From: a virus
Taxonomy: Duplodnaviria; Caudoviricetes
Strand: one strand, 5' to 3'
Length of the DNA: 60,441 bases
IMG/VR virus record: IMGVR_UViG_3300045283_000290
Span: 1 to 60,441 of that record
The translations under genes and the position numbers were made by a program. Positions 18,791 through 28,584 of the stretch are shown here, piece after piece; position 1 is the stretch's first letter, and every line of letters begins with the position of its first letter. A model generated the notes under the pieces. The model saw nothing but the letters and a program-made list of their open reading frames with translations. It made no database searches and was not told the origin of the DNA.

Positions 18791-21700
18791 TCAGCGGAAC
18801 CTATAGGCGGTCAGTTCGCAGCTGTTAAAATTCACCGTGCCGACTGCGAAGTTCGCTTGTCCGACGAGGTAGATGGTCGTCGTGCTTGCGAGCTTGATGA
18901 CGGTCGGCCCCACTTGAACGTTGGGATTTTTACTTGCGGTACCCCCTCCGGCGGCCAAATCCGTCTGCGAGGTTAAACCGGCGCCGACGAGTGCGTTGGT
19001 GGTCTGCGAGATCGCCGCCGACAAATCGGTGATGGTCGCAGCCCCACTCGGATTGAAGCCGATTGTCCCGTTGACCATCCAATTGCCCGCTGGCAGGCTC
19101 TTGCTCGTGCAGGTGAGAGGAGTCCCGGTCGTAAGCGACGTGGCGGTCACGGCCGAACTGTCCTGGACCTCGCCGAAATTCCCCGCCGTCGCGTCGTCAT
19201 TAGTATTTGTAGCAACAAGCTGGCCGCGGTTGTAGCAGGTGCCGGTGGTCGTGATGGTCGTGCTGGCGCAAACAACACTCGTCACCGTGCCGGTGCCGCC
19301 CGCGGCGACCCACGACGGCGGCGCGCTGGTGCTGTTCGTCGACAGCACCTTTCCAGCGGTATCGGCCGCGAGCCGTTTGATGACGCCGGTCGAGTCGCGG
19401 TAGTAGATGTCGTAGTTCGCGTCGGAGCCCAGCGTCATAGTGACGCCCGCGATGACGAAGCCCGTGCCGGCCGTGCCGCCCGTCAGAGTGCCGACCGACG
19501 TGAGCGACGACGTGACGACGCCGCTCGCCAGCGTCGTTCCGGTCAGGGTCCCGGCCGCGGCTGCGACCGTGCAGGTGGCGCCGAGCGTGCAGGTCTGTCC
19601 GTTGACGGTCGTCGCCGGATTGACCAGGTCCGCATTGGTCACCAGCCCGGTCGCCGTGAACGACCCCGTGACGGTGACGGCGCCCGACGCCGAGACGGTG
19701 AACGGGTTGCTGGTGCCGATGCGCAGGCTGTCGCCGCCGAGCGCCCAGGAATTTGTGAAGGTTACGTTGGTGCCCGCGATTGGGGCCTTGACGTACAACG
19801 AAATGTAATTCGTGTACGTCACCGCGCTTGATGCCGCGATTGTGTTCCCGCCGAGTGTATCGGTGACGGCCGCCGCGACCGTGCCGCTCGACGTGGTGTC
19901 GGTCAACGTGCCGGTAATGCCCTTGATGCGGACGCCGTTGGTGGTCCAGGCCGGGACGGACTGGTTGCCGCTCAGGACGAAGGGAGCGCCCGCTACGGTG
20001 ACGCTGCCGTTGAAGGTGGAAGTCCCAGTAACCTCCAGGGCGTCGGAGCCGATCGAGCCGCCGCCGAGCGCGAGCGAGGTTCCGGTCGCCACGCCGAGCG
20101 CGGGGGTAACCAGCGCGGGCGAGGTCGCGAGCACCGCCGATCCCGTCCCGGTCGTCGCGATCCAGGAGGGAACGCCCGCGCCGGTCTCCTGCAAGAGGGT
20201 CGTGCCGCTGTTGTTGCCGGCGAGCGTCGTCCAGACGCTGCCGTTCCAGTACACGATCTCGCCCGCGCGCAGCGGCGTGGGCAGGATGTTGTTGAGCGCG
20301 GTGGCGGCGTTGTTCCACGCCGGCAACCCGGACGCTATCTGGAGCGTGAACCCATTGCTGCTGATCGGTAGGCGATGCAGCAGTCCGCCCGAGTCGCGAT
20401 AGTAGATGTCGCCGGTGGCGTCGCTGCCGAGCGCGACCGTGACGGCGCCGATGGAGCCGGTCGTCCACTTGCCCGTGATGTCGACCGTGAACAGGCTCGC
20501 GGCGGCAGCCGACTGGAAGTCGAGGAAGTTGCCGGTCGGACTGGTGTCGGTGTTCCGCTTCGACAGGTACGCGGTGACGTTGTTGGCGCCGAGCGTTTGC
20601 GAGATGCGGCTGTTCGTCGGCGCGGCGACGCCGAGGCCCAGCCCGAGGAGCCCGCCTAGGCCGGTGGTGCCCCAGGTCGACCCGTCTGGGCCGGTGACCG
20701 AGGCCGAGATCGTGAGGTTGGGGCACGACCAGGCGGGCGTGGCGTTCACCCAGCACACATCCACGAAAAGGTGGCTCTGGACCGTGACGTCCTGGGTGCC
20801 CTGCCCGGCGAGAATAAGGCCCTTGCCGGTGGTGGCGCCGATCACGCCCAGGCCGTTCGACACGGTGGGGACCGCGGCGTTGATGCGTATCCCGGCGGCG
20901 GGAGAGGACGTGTTGATGCCCACGCCGGTGAACTGGCCGAGGCCGGGCGTGGTCTGCCCGATATTGGACCCGTTGATGCCGCCCGAGTCCCACGTGCCGG
21001 CGTCCGCGAAGGTCGCCGTGGCGTTGAAAATCGACGCGGAGTTGAAGGTCGTCGCCGCCGTGCTGAAGGTCTGAGCGCCGGTCCACGTGTTCGCGTGCCC
21101 TAACGCAAGCGAGGCGACGACCGCTCCCGTCGTCGGCGAGATCGTCAGCGTGCCGTCGTTGTTAGAGACCGAGGCCACGCCCGAGGCGAGCACGCCGTTG
21201 ACGTAGTAACCGCCGGGAACGTTGAACTTACCGGCCCCGAGATCGCCGCCCGTCGGGCTGTCGAGGGTGACGCCGCCGGTCGCGCGGACGCACAGATGGT
21301 CCGTGATCGAGATCGCAGCAGAGGCGGTCGTCGCGAGGCAGGCCGCGCCGGGGTGAGAGGTGGGGCTCCAGGTGCCATCGGCGTAGACGTGAAGGGACGC
21401 GCCAGTGCCGGTCCAAACGGAGGAGTCGTAGCCCTTGCCCTCGAACGAGGCCAGCAACGTTCCCGAGGTGACCGTCAACGGTGACGCGCGGGTGCCAAGC
21501 GATGTGCGACCGTCGAAGATCGCGGCACCGCTCACGCCGTTGTTGAACGCCGTGATCTCTATTCGTGCCACTGAGCCGTCGGCGCCGTAGGCTTTCCACG
21601 TCGCGCCGGAGCCGCCGGCCGGCACCGCGCCGCTGCCGTTGTCGATCGTTTGCGGCGCAGCCCAGGTGTTGGCATGGGCGAGGTTGAGCGAGGCGGTGAT

Positions 21701-21916
21701 CGCACCGGTGCTCGGCGAGATCGTCAATGTGCCGTCGACATTGGTGATCGATGAGACGACGGCGTTGGCGTCGGCCTTCGCCGCGAAGCAGGTGTTCCAC
21801 TGCCCGGCGGTGAGCACCGCCCCGAACGCGATGTAGGGGCACGCCGACTGCGCGAGCGCGCCCGAGGGCGCCAGCAGCGCGGCTGCGAAAACAATGAGGC
21901 GGAGGAGCGCGCGCAT
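18791..21916 (-). CDS. Long tail-fibre/receptor-binding-like protein, 1041 aa, with signal peptide
   Basis: Thr/Gly/Ser-rich. Internal repeats DGTLTISP.TGA..ASL.L.HANTW (x2) and LGSDA..DIYYRDS.G (x2). Confidence 0.75.
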   Translation of the reverse strand: MRALLRLIVFAAALLAPSGALAQSACPYIAFGAVLTAGQWNTCFAAKADANAVVSSITNVDGTLTISPSTGAITASLNLAHANTWAAPQTIDNGSGAVPAGGSGATWKAYGADGSVARIEITAFNNGVSGAAIFDGRTSLGTRASPLTVTSGTLLASFEGKGYDSSVWTGTGASLHVYADGTWSPTSHPGAACLATTASAAISITDHLCVRATGGVTLDSPTGGDLGAGKFNVPGGYYVNGVLASGVASVSNNDGTLTISPTTGAVVASLALGHANTWTGAQTFSTAATTFNSASIFNATATFADAGTWDSGGINGSNIGQTTPGLGQFTGVGINTSSPAAGIRINAAVPTVSNGLGVIGATTGKGLILAGQGTQDVTVQSHLFVDVCWVNATPAWSCPNLTISASVTGPDGSTWGTTGLGGLLGLGLGVAAPTNSRISQTLGANNVTAYLSKRNTDTSPTGNFLDFQSAAAASLFTVDITGKWTTGSIGAVTVALGSDATGDIYYRDSGGLLHRLPISSNGFTLQIASGLPAWNNAATALNNILPTPLRAGEIVYWNGSVWTTLAGNNSGTTLLQETGAGVPSWIATTGTGSAVLATSPALVTPALGVATGTSLALGGGSIGSDALEVTGTSTFNGSVTVAGAPFVLSGNQSVPAWTTNGVRIKGITGTLTDTTSSGTVAAAVTDTLGGNTIAASSAVTYTNYISLYVKAPIAGTNVTFTNSWALGGDSLRIGTSNPFTVSASGAVTVTGSFTATGLVTNADLVNPATTVNGQTCTLGATCTVAAAAGTLTGTTLASGVVTSSLTSVGTLTGGTAGTGFVIAGVTMTLGSDANYDIYYRDSTGVIKRLAADTAGKVLSTNSTSAPPSWVAAGGTGTVTSVVCASTTITTTGTCYNRGQLVATNTNDDATAGNFGEVQDSSAVTATSLTTGTPLTCTSKSLPAGNWMVNGTIGFNPSGAATITDLSAAISQTTNALVGAGLTSQTDLAAGGGTASKNPNVQVGPTVIKLASTTTIYLVGQANFAVGTVNFNSCELTAYRFR

Positions 21917-23112
21917 CAGTCATAATACTCCGTGATGGAGAGGATACCGGACTGTGCGTTGCCGGCCCCGGCGCCCACCGTGAAGCCCGTCGACGTGGGA
22001 TTGAAGACATCAAACTCGACGTACTCGCCGGCGCCGCCGCCGCCCGAGCAATTCAGCGAGCTGTTGCTGACGCTGATTGTGCCGAGGCCGACGCCGCCCT
22101 CCCCCGAGTTAGGACCGCCGCCGAAGTGGTTGAGGCCGCCGGCCGTCGAACACGTGATGGCGACCGAGCCGCTCAGAGCCGTCCCGGTCAGGCTGAAACC
22201 GTTCTTGCCGTTGCCGCCCGGGAGGCGCAGCGCGAGCCTGCCGGTGCCGTTCGAGCCGCCGGTGCCGCCGGCGCCTCCTGCCGCGCTGCCGCCGGAGTTC
22301 GTGCCGGGGGAGCCACCAATGGCCGTCCAGCTGCCGAAGGAGGACGTTCCGCCGGTCCCGCCGCCGTTACTGCCGCCGTTGCCGCCGCCGGCGACGAGGA
22401 TCACGTGCGCCCGCACCACGCCCGCGCTCGGGACATAGGTGCTGGTGGTCGGGCCGGAGGACGAGTAGGTCGGCTGCGCGCCGCTCGCCGCCGCCGTGAT
22501 GCGGCCGGTGATGTCGACGGTGAGCTGCGGCCGAACGTAGGTGCCCGAAGAGACGCCCGACGCGACGAGCTGCGCGAGGCCGACCGAGTTGGCCGCGAGC
22601 CCCGGGTTCGGCAGCGTGCCGGTGAGAGAGCCGCCGACCGCGCAGGTGTTCGTCCAGTTGGCGCCCCCGGTGTCGGGGTTCGTCGTGTTGTTGTCGACCG
22701 TCGAAATCCACAGGCACCGCGGGACCGCGAGCTGCTGGACCCTGGCACCGTTCGCGTAGCCGCCGATCACGCCGGAGAAGGCCGAGTTCCAGTAGATCGG
22801 CCCGCCCATGGTCTGCCAGCGCGACCACTGCGAGATGTTCTTGAGGATGCCGTTGAAGTCCTGCCCGAACGGCGGGCAGCCGCCGGCGGAGGCGGGCACG
22901 AAGGTCAGCGGCGGGAAGCCGTCGGTGAACGAGGCCGCGCAATTCTGGATGCCGATCTGCGAGGCGTTCGGGATCGCCCGGACGTAGGCTCCTCCCGCCG
23001 AGTTCGCCCAGGGGATGGAGATCGCCGGCGGAACGCTCCCGGCCGTCTCGGCGAGCGCCGGAACGAACGGGAGGAGGACGAACGCCAGCGCGGCGAGGAG
23101 GAGCTTCCTCAT
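21916..23112 (-). CDS. Tail fibre protein (Bcep781-type baseplate-anchor domain) with signal peptide
   Basis: ASFTDGFPPLT..P..AGG.PP.GQDFNGIL...RW anchor motif; Gly-rich C-terminal domain. Confidence 0.85.
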   Translation of the reverse strand: MRKLLLAALAFVLLPFVPALAETAGSVPPAISIPWANSAGGAYVRAIPNASQIGIQNCAASFTDGFPPLTFVPASAGGCPPFGQDFNGILKNISQWSRWQTMGGPIYWNSAFSGVIGGYANGARVQQLAVPRCLWISTVDNNTTNPDTGGANWTNTCAVGGSLTGTLPNPGLAANSVGLAQLVASGVSSGTYVRPQLTVDITGRITAAASGAQPTYSSSGPTTSTYVPSAGVVRAHVILVAGGGNGGSNGGGTGGTSSFGSWTAIGGSPGTNSGGSAAGGAGGTGGSNGTGRLALRLPGGNGKNGFSLTGTALSGSVAITCSTAGGLNHFGGGPNSGEGGVGLGTISVSNSSLNCSGGGGAGEYVEFDVFNPTSTGFTVGAGAGNAQSGILSITEYYD

Positions 23113-23119
23113 CGAGACC

Positions 23120-23785
23120 TCACAGGTGCACGAGGGTTGAAGCGACGCCGACCGGCTTCGGAAGAATCCCGGGCGTGCTCAAGATGGCGACCTCCGGGGC
23201 GGTGAGGACGAAGTTGAATTGAAACGTCATAGTCATGTTTTGACCGTCTGTCACGAAACAATCGCCGCGGTGAGGAAAGAGCGCCAGCAGCACGGCGTTG
23301 ATGCCCGGGATCGACCCGTCGCAGATGTTCGCCGCGGCCTTCGCCAGGATCAGCGTGCGGAACTGGTCGTCGGGCAGCGAGAAGGTCGCGGTGATCGTCT
23401 GCCCGCTGAAGAAGCCGCCCTGCCCGAAGCCGGTCCAGCTCGACGCCTCGTTGAAGCCGAAGAAGCTCGAGCCGGCCGGGATGGCGACGACGCGCGTCAC
23501 CCCGACGATGCGCCCCCAGATGTCCAGACCGACGCCCTGCGCCGTCATCACGTTCCAGATGAAGTCGTAGAAGTTGTCGAGGTTGAGCGTCGGGTCGAGC
23601 GCGGCGTTTATCGAGACCAGGAGCGAGTCGAGCGTCTGGCTGTTCGCGTACTGAGAAATGACCGTCGCCCACAGGTCGAACGGCGGAATCGTCCCGATCG
23701 GCGAGACGCCGATCTGGAACGCGCCGATCGCGTTCGACCCCGGGGCCGGATTCGGGTGCGGATAGGGAGGGCCGGCGCCAAGCAT
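23120..23785 (-). CDS. Baseplate protein DUF2612
   Basis: TVISQYANS...TAQGVGLDIWGRIVGVTR...LILAKAAANI. Confidence 0.88.
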   Translation of the reverse strand: MLGAGPPYPHPNPAPGSNAIGAFQIGVSPIGTIPPFDLWATVISQYANSQTLDSLLVSINAALDPTLNLDNFYDFIWNVMTAQGVGLDIWGRIVGVTRVVAIPAGSSFFGFNEASSWTGFGQGGFFSGQTITATFSLPDDQFRTLILAKAAANICDGSIPGINAVLLALFPHRGDCFVTDGQNMTMTFQFNFVLTAPEVAILSTPGILPKPVGVASTLVHL

Positions 23786-25473
23786 CAGGTGTGCCCCACG
23801 GCGATGTTGGCGCCGAGTATCTGCGGGACCTGGTTCGCGTTGACGAGGACGAGGCTCTGGTTCGCCGAGGCCGCGGTGATGCTCTCGCTCGCGACGGTCT
23901 GCGAGTTGTTTATGTTGTAGGTCCCGGTGCCGCCGGTCCCGGTGCCGAACGAGACGATCGACGTCGACGGAAGGATGTTGCCGGTGGAATCGAAGAGCGT
24001 CTGGCCCACCGCGAGCGTCCCCGAGCTGACCGCCGTCACGGTCAGCACGGTCCCCGCGATCGAGCCGGTAACGACGGCGCCGGAGGTGTTGGCGGAGCCG
24101 ATGGTGATCGCGGCGACCTGCGCCCACGACCCGAGCGCCGCGATCGCGGGGATGTAGGAGCCCGCGTAGATCGTCTGCCCGATGCGCGCGCGCAGCCCCG
24201 CCTGGACCGGCTGGGTGGTGAGCGCGGAGTTCATCGTCTCCGCGGCGACGGTCTGAGAGACCGAGACCGTGTAGGTCCCCGTGCCGCCGGTGCCGGAGAG
24301 GAATCCGGTGACCTGCGTCCCGGCGGTCAGCAGGCCGGTGTTGTCGGAGAGGACCTGCCCGACCGCGATCACGCCCGACACCAGCGAGGAAACAGTGAGC
24401 GTGTTGCCGGCGATCGAGCCGACGAAGACCGCGCCGCTGCCGATGATGCCCTGCGTGAACGCCGCGATGACGGCCTGCTGCACCAGCGCGACCGTGTTCG
24501 ACGGCAGCAGCGGCGAGTTGACCAGCGTGACCGAGAACAGGAACTGGAGCGGCGACGGGATCGTGAACTTGACGCTGTAGGCGATCGGCGCCGAGTAGAG
24601 CGGGTTGCTGTCGAACGCGGTGACGGTGGTCGTCCCGGTGTAGGCGCAGCCCGGCGCCTTCTTCGAGAGGATGGCCTGCGCGACCGCCGCCTGCGCGCCG
24701 CCGGCGACGCACAGATAGATCGAGTTCGCCGCGACCGAGACGCCTCCGACCGTGACCGGCGCGGCCGTCGCGTTGTCGAAGCCGAAGAAGTCGAGGACGC
24801 CGGGCACCTTCGCCAGCGCGCCCACGATCGAGCCGATGGCGCCGAAGCTGTTGCCGGCCACCGCGCTCTGCCGGCGCTGCTCGAGCGCCTGGCGGCTCTC
24901 CGTCGCCGTGCCGACGATGCCGGAGACGAGCGTCGCCGTGTCCCACCCCGAGATGGCCTGATAGATCGTGACCGAGGTCGGCACCGGCACCGGGCCCGGC
25001 GTCGTGCACGCGAACGAGAGCGTGATGTTTCCTCCGCCGCCCGGGAGCGTGCCGGCCCCGGTGCAGGCGTAGAGGTTGCCGCTCGCGTCCTGCACCAGCG
25101 CGGCCGGCGTCGGCGGCGTCGAGCCGTCCGGGATGAGCGCGCTGGATCCCGAGCACTGCACCTGGAGGACGGTCGGCTGCGCCGCGTTGCGCTGGAGGCC
25201 GGAGAGTCGCGCGATCGCGTCCTGCATGCGCCCGGTCGCGAACGCGGGGTCGACCTGCGCGGCGTAATAGATAATCTGCTGGTACGCGCTGCTGATGATC
25301 GCCGCGGTGGTCGAGGCGAGCTGCCCCTGCGGCGTGTTGAGGTTGAAGTTTAGCGTCTTCCCGAACGCCGCCGAGATGTCGGCCTGGTAGCCGGCGAGGA
25401 TGGCCGGACCGGACGGCGCGATCGGGCCGGCCGCGGTCCACGAGATCGGAGGGACGCTGGTGCCGCCGGCCAT
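23785..25473 (-). CDS. Baseplate J/gp47-like protein
   Basis: [20 protein letters not shown] and KKAPGC motifs. Confidence 0.88.
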   Translation of the reverse strand: MAGGTSVPPISWTAAGPIAPSGPAILAGYQADISAAFGKTLNFNLNTPQGQLASTTAAIISSAYQQIIYYAAQVDPAFATGRMQDAIARLSGLQRNAAQPTVLQVQCSGSSALIPDGSTPPTPAALVQDASGNLYACTGAGTLPGGGGNITLSFACTTPGPVPVPTSVTIYQAISGWDTATLVSGIVGTATESRQALEQRRQSAVAGNSFGAIGSIVGALAKVPGVLDFFGFDNATAAPVTVGGVSVAANSIYLCVAGGAQAAVAQAILSKKAPGCAYTGTTTVTAFDSNPLYSAPIAYSVKFTIPSPLQFLFSVTLVNSPLLPSNTVALVQQAVIAAFTQGIIGSGAVFVGSIAGNTLTVSSLVSGVIAVGQVLSDNTGLLTAGTQVTGFLSGTGGTGTYTVSVSQTVAAETMNSALTTQPVQAGLRARIGQTIYAGSYIPAIAALGSWAQVAAITIGSANTSGAVVTGSIAGTVLTVTAVSSGTLAVGQTLFDSTGNILPSTSIVSFGTGTGGTGTYNINNSQTVASESITAASANQSLVLVNANQVPQILGANIAVGHT

Positions 25474-25856
25474 CAGAATGTTCCCTGCGGGATTGAGACC
25501 GCGAATGGCGCCGTCGCGATCTGGCCCGACGACGCCGAGATGACCTGGACTTGGCCGGAGAGGGCGCGCGCGGAGAGCGCGGAGATGAACACCTGCGCGG
25601 CCACGACGTCGTCCACGGTCAGCGCCGCGTCGACGAGCTTCTTCTTGATGAGCGCGAGCGGCGGCGGCGTCACGCCGAGGATTTGCTGCAGCCACGGCAC
25701 GCCGACGGTCGTGTCCCAGTAGCACTCGCCCAGGAACGTCAGGATGGCCGAGGCCGCGTCCTGCGCGAGCGCCGCCGGCTCGTCCAACGTCGCGATGTTC
25801 CCGTTGGCATCGAGCGTGAGGTCCCACGTACTGTCGAGGGCGAGCGTTGACGGCAT
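25473..25856 (-). CDS. Baseplate wedge/sheath initiator (gp25-like)
   Basis: [12 protein letters not shown]...[15 protein letters not shown]. Confidence 0.82.
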   Translation of the reverse strand: MPSTLALDSTWDLTLDANGNIATLDEPAALAQDAASAILTFLGECYWDTTVGVPWLQQILGVTPPPLALIKKKLVDAALTVDDVVAAQVFISALSARALSGQVQVISASSGQIATAPFAVSIPQGTF

Positions 25857-25905
25857 CCGAGGAATCCCCCGCGGCGATTCCGAACCGTTAGCACGTTTCC
25901 ACGTG

Positions 25906-26583
25906 CTACGGCACCGTCACCGCAACGCCGTTGACCTTGAAGACGGTGGTGACGAGGTTGATCTGCCCGGCTGTCATCTGAATCTGGTTCGCCGGCGTGT
26001 TGCAGTCGGTGATGTTGACCCCACCCGCCGAGGTCGTGATCGTGTTGCCCTTGCCATCCTTGAGCACCGCGGTCCCGTCGGGCTTGAGCCAGAGGTACTG
26101 CGTCGGCGCCTTGTTGAGGCAGCCGCCGACATAGATGCCGTCCGCGACGCTCATCCGCCGCCAGGAGCCCGGCGTCACGCTGCCGGCCTGGACCGAGCGG
26201 CCGGCGGTCAGCGCCGCGACGAGGTGCGAGATGTCCTGGCTCGCGGCGATGAGGAAGCCGTAGTCGCCCACGACCGGGTCGGCGACGATGGCCCACGCGC
26301 CGGCCTGGACGCGGAAGTAGGGCAGCCCCGAGACTTTCCCCGCCGGCGTCGTGTTGCCGGAGCCGTCGATCGAGCTGACGAGAAGCTGGACGTCGACCGT
26401 GCCCGCGGCGCCAGGCGGCCCGCCGGCGCCGGGATGCACGGCGGTGACCTGGACCGGCCGCATGACGTCCAGCTCGGCGAGGAGCTGCTGGACGATGAAG
26501 CATGTCACCGTGAACGGCGAGTTGCTGTCGAACGGCGTCTGGAAGCCCGCCCCGGTGCCGCTGCCGCTGCCCTGCGTCGTCAT
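25906..26583 (-). CDS. Baseplate central spike (Gp138-like)
   Basis: GTVDVQLLV...LPYFRVQAG...DPVVGDYG...QDIS...DGIYVGG. Confidence 0.82.
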   Translation of the reverse strand: MTTQGSGSGTGAGFQTPFDSNSPFTVTCFIVQQLLAELDVMRPVQVTAVHPGAGGPPGAAGTVDVQLLVSSIDGSGNTTPAGKVSGLPYFRVQAGAWAIVADPVVGDYGFLIAASQDISHLVAALTAGRSVQAGSVTPGSWRRMSVADGIYVGGCLNKAPTQYLWLKPDGTAVLKDGKGNTITTSAGGVNITDCNTPANQIQMTAGQINLVTTVFKVNGVAVTVP

Positions 26584-27581
26584 GCCGGCCCCGCGGGCGG
26601 GAGGATGGTCGGCGCGAAGTTCGGGTTGTAGGCGTACAGGATCGAGGCCCAGTCCCCCTTCTCCACCTGCGCGTCGAGCGCGAGGTCGAGCTTGTTGACC
26701 GCCCACTGTGTCGGGAATTTTGAGGACGCCGACGTGTTGCCCTTCGCGGCCTGCACCGCCGCGATGCCGGAGAGGACGCTGCTCTCGACCTGCACGAGCC
26801 CGTTGAACGCGATGAGCGGATTAAACAGGGTCTTGACCATGATGCCCTGCTGCGTGAACGACGGCGACGTTATCATGCCGGTCGCCTTCGAGATGACGGG
26901 GACCTGCGCGCCGCCGAGGTTGCCGCCCTTGCCGAGCGGCCAGATGCCCATGGTCGCCGGATTGACGAATCCCCACGTGATGCGGGCCTGCCGCGCCAGC
27001 TTGTCGGCCTGCCGCTTGAGCGAGCCCTCGAGGTAGACGTTCGATAGCTTGACGTTGACGCCGAAGTTCTGAAATCCGACGTTCATCTGCCGGGCAATGC
27101 CGGACATGATCGACGCGACGTCCTGAGAGCCCGGGAAGCTCGACGGCGGCGAGTTCACCACCGCATCGGCGAGACCGATCAAACAATCAAAGATGAATGC
27201 GACCGAGGGCTGCGCGGAGTAGTCCGCGTAGGCGTACTGGATGATGCCGGTGAAGATCGAGGTCAGGCCGGTCTTCGCGTCGCCGGCGGCGATCGTCAGC
27301 TTGTTCTTCGGGACCAGATTGAAGACCAGCCCGAGCGTCGAGAGCTGGTTCATCAGGCTCGGCGTCATCCCCCAGACCTTCACCTCGGCGCGCCCGTCGG
27401 CCGGCGAGCCCGAGTTTTGCACGCGGACCGAGGTGCGCAGCTGCTTGGAGATGTCCTTGAGCGCGCCGTCGCTCAGAACGACGGTGTCGGTCCCGCTCTC
27501 CAGGAAGGTGGACGGCTGGTTCGTTCCCGGGTTTGGCGCCAGCTGCACCGTGACCGTGATGACGCGCTGGATGAATGGCAC
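26580..27581 (-). CDS. Baseplate hub protein
   Basis: Gene position; AEVKVWGM, IAAGD and TGMITSP motifs. Confidence 0.8.
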   Translation of the reverse strand: MPFIQRVITVTVQLAPNPGTNQPSTFLESGTDTVVLSDGALKDISKQLRTSVRVQNSGSPADGRAEVKVWGMTPSLMNQLSTLGLVFNLVPKNKLTIAAGDAKTGLTSIFTGIIQYAYADYSAQPSVAFIFDCLIGLADAVVNSPPSSFPGSQDVASIMSGIARQMNVGFQNFGVNVKLSNVYLEGSLKRQADKLARQARITWGFVNPATMGIWPLGKGGNLGGAQVPVISKATGMITSPSFTQQGIMVKTLFNPLIAFNGLVQVESSVLSGIAAVQAAKGNTSASSKFPTQWAVNKLDLALDAQVEKGDWASILYAYNPNFAPTILPPAGPA

Positions 27582-27582
27582 G

Positions 27583-27900
27583 TCACGGCCCCAGCGTCGC
27601 CGGCAGGTCGCCGGGGGCGACGTACACCAGCTGCCAACGCGAGCCGAGCCCGGTGTAGATCGGGTCCGCCGACCCCTGCTGGTCCCAGAAGACGAGGTCG
27701 CCGGAGAAGCCGAGATACGGCGACCGCACGATGCGGTTGAGGTTCTCGCACGGCACCGACGCGACGATCAGCGTCGTCCCGACGAAAAGCGTGAGGAACA
27801 ACCCGAACTGATACTGAAAGAGGTTGATGGTGCAGGTCTGCGTCCCGAGCTGCGCCTGGAAGGACTGGTTCGGGATCGGCTGGAGCGGAATGATCTGCAT
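27583..27900 (-). CDS. Baseplate plug-like protein
   Basis: MQIIPLQPIPNQSF...YLGFSGDL.F.D.QG..DP.YTGLGSRWQL. Confidence 0.8.
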   Translation of the reverse strand: MQIIPLQPIPNQSFQAQLGTQTCTINLFQYQFGLFLTLFVGTTLIVASVPCENLNRIVRSPYLGFSGDLVFWDQQGSADPIYTGLGSRWQLVYVAPGDLPATLGP

Positions 27901-28577
27901 CACTGCACCGAGCCGCTCGGAAAGAACGTGCTCACGTAGGACGAGCCGTTCGATGACGTCGACGGGATGGTCGAGGTCGGCTGCACGAGCCCGGTCGACT
28001 GCGGCGGCGCGTCGCCCGGCTGCTTCGTGCTCGTGAAGGTGGGCGAGCCGGCGACCGGAATCTCCTTGAACCAGAGGTCGACGAGTATCAACTGCACGCC
28101 GCGCCGCGCCTCCCGCCGCGGGATGCTGATGTGCTCGACGTTGCAGCCGCTGTAGATCGTCTCCGGCGTGACGACGTCGAAGAGCGCCATCGAGGTCGCG
28201 ATCGCGGAGCACGAACTGAGGAACGCCTGGCGGTTCTGCGGCGAGCCGGTGCACCCGAGCGTGATCTTCACGTCGAAGGGCATCGTCACCTTGTTGTAGC
28301 TCTGGAACGCTCCCTGCTCCTGCGGGTAGTTCGAGATCGGGAAGTCCTGCGCGTACTCGAAGTCGATCGTCGAGGCGAAGCACGGCAGGAGGTTCGGGAC
28401 GCCGAGCAGGGCGGCCACCGACTGAATCGGCCCGAGCAGGGCGGAGAGCTGCAGGCCGACCTGCGTCGCCGGCTGGATCACCGGCCGGCCGTTGAGGTAG
28501 ACGCCCCACGCCGGCTGCGAGAGCGCCAGCGAAGCCAAGGCCACGGCGTCGGCGATGAGAAGCGCGGGGTTCGCCAT
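27900..28577 (-). CDS. Baseplate/tube-initiator (Dit-like) protein
   Basis: ISNYPQEQGAFQSYNKV..P. Confidence 0.8.
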   Translation of the reverse strand: MANPALLIADAVALASLALSQPAWGVYLNGRPVIQPATQVGLQLSALLGPIQSVAALLGVPNLLPCFASTIDFEYAQDFPISNYPQEQGAFQSYNKVTMPFDVKITLGCTGSPQNRQAFLSSCSAIATSMALFDVVTPETIYSGCNVEHISIPRREARRGVQLILVDLWFKEIPVAGSPTFTSTKQPGDAPPQSTGLVQPTSTIPSTSSNGSSYVSTFFPSGSVQ

Positions 28578-28584
28578 GGCGGCC

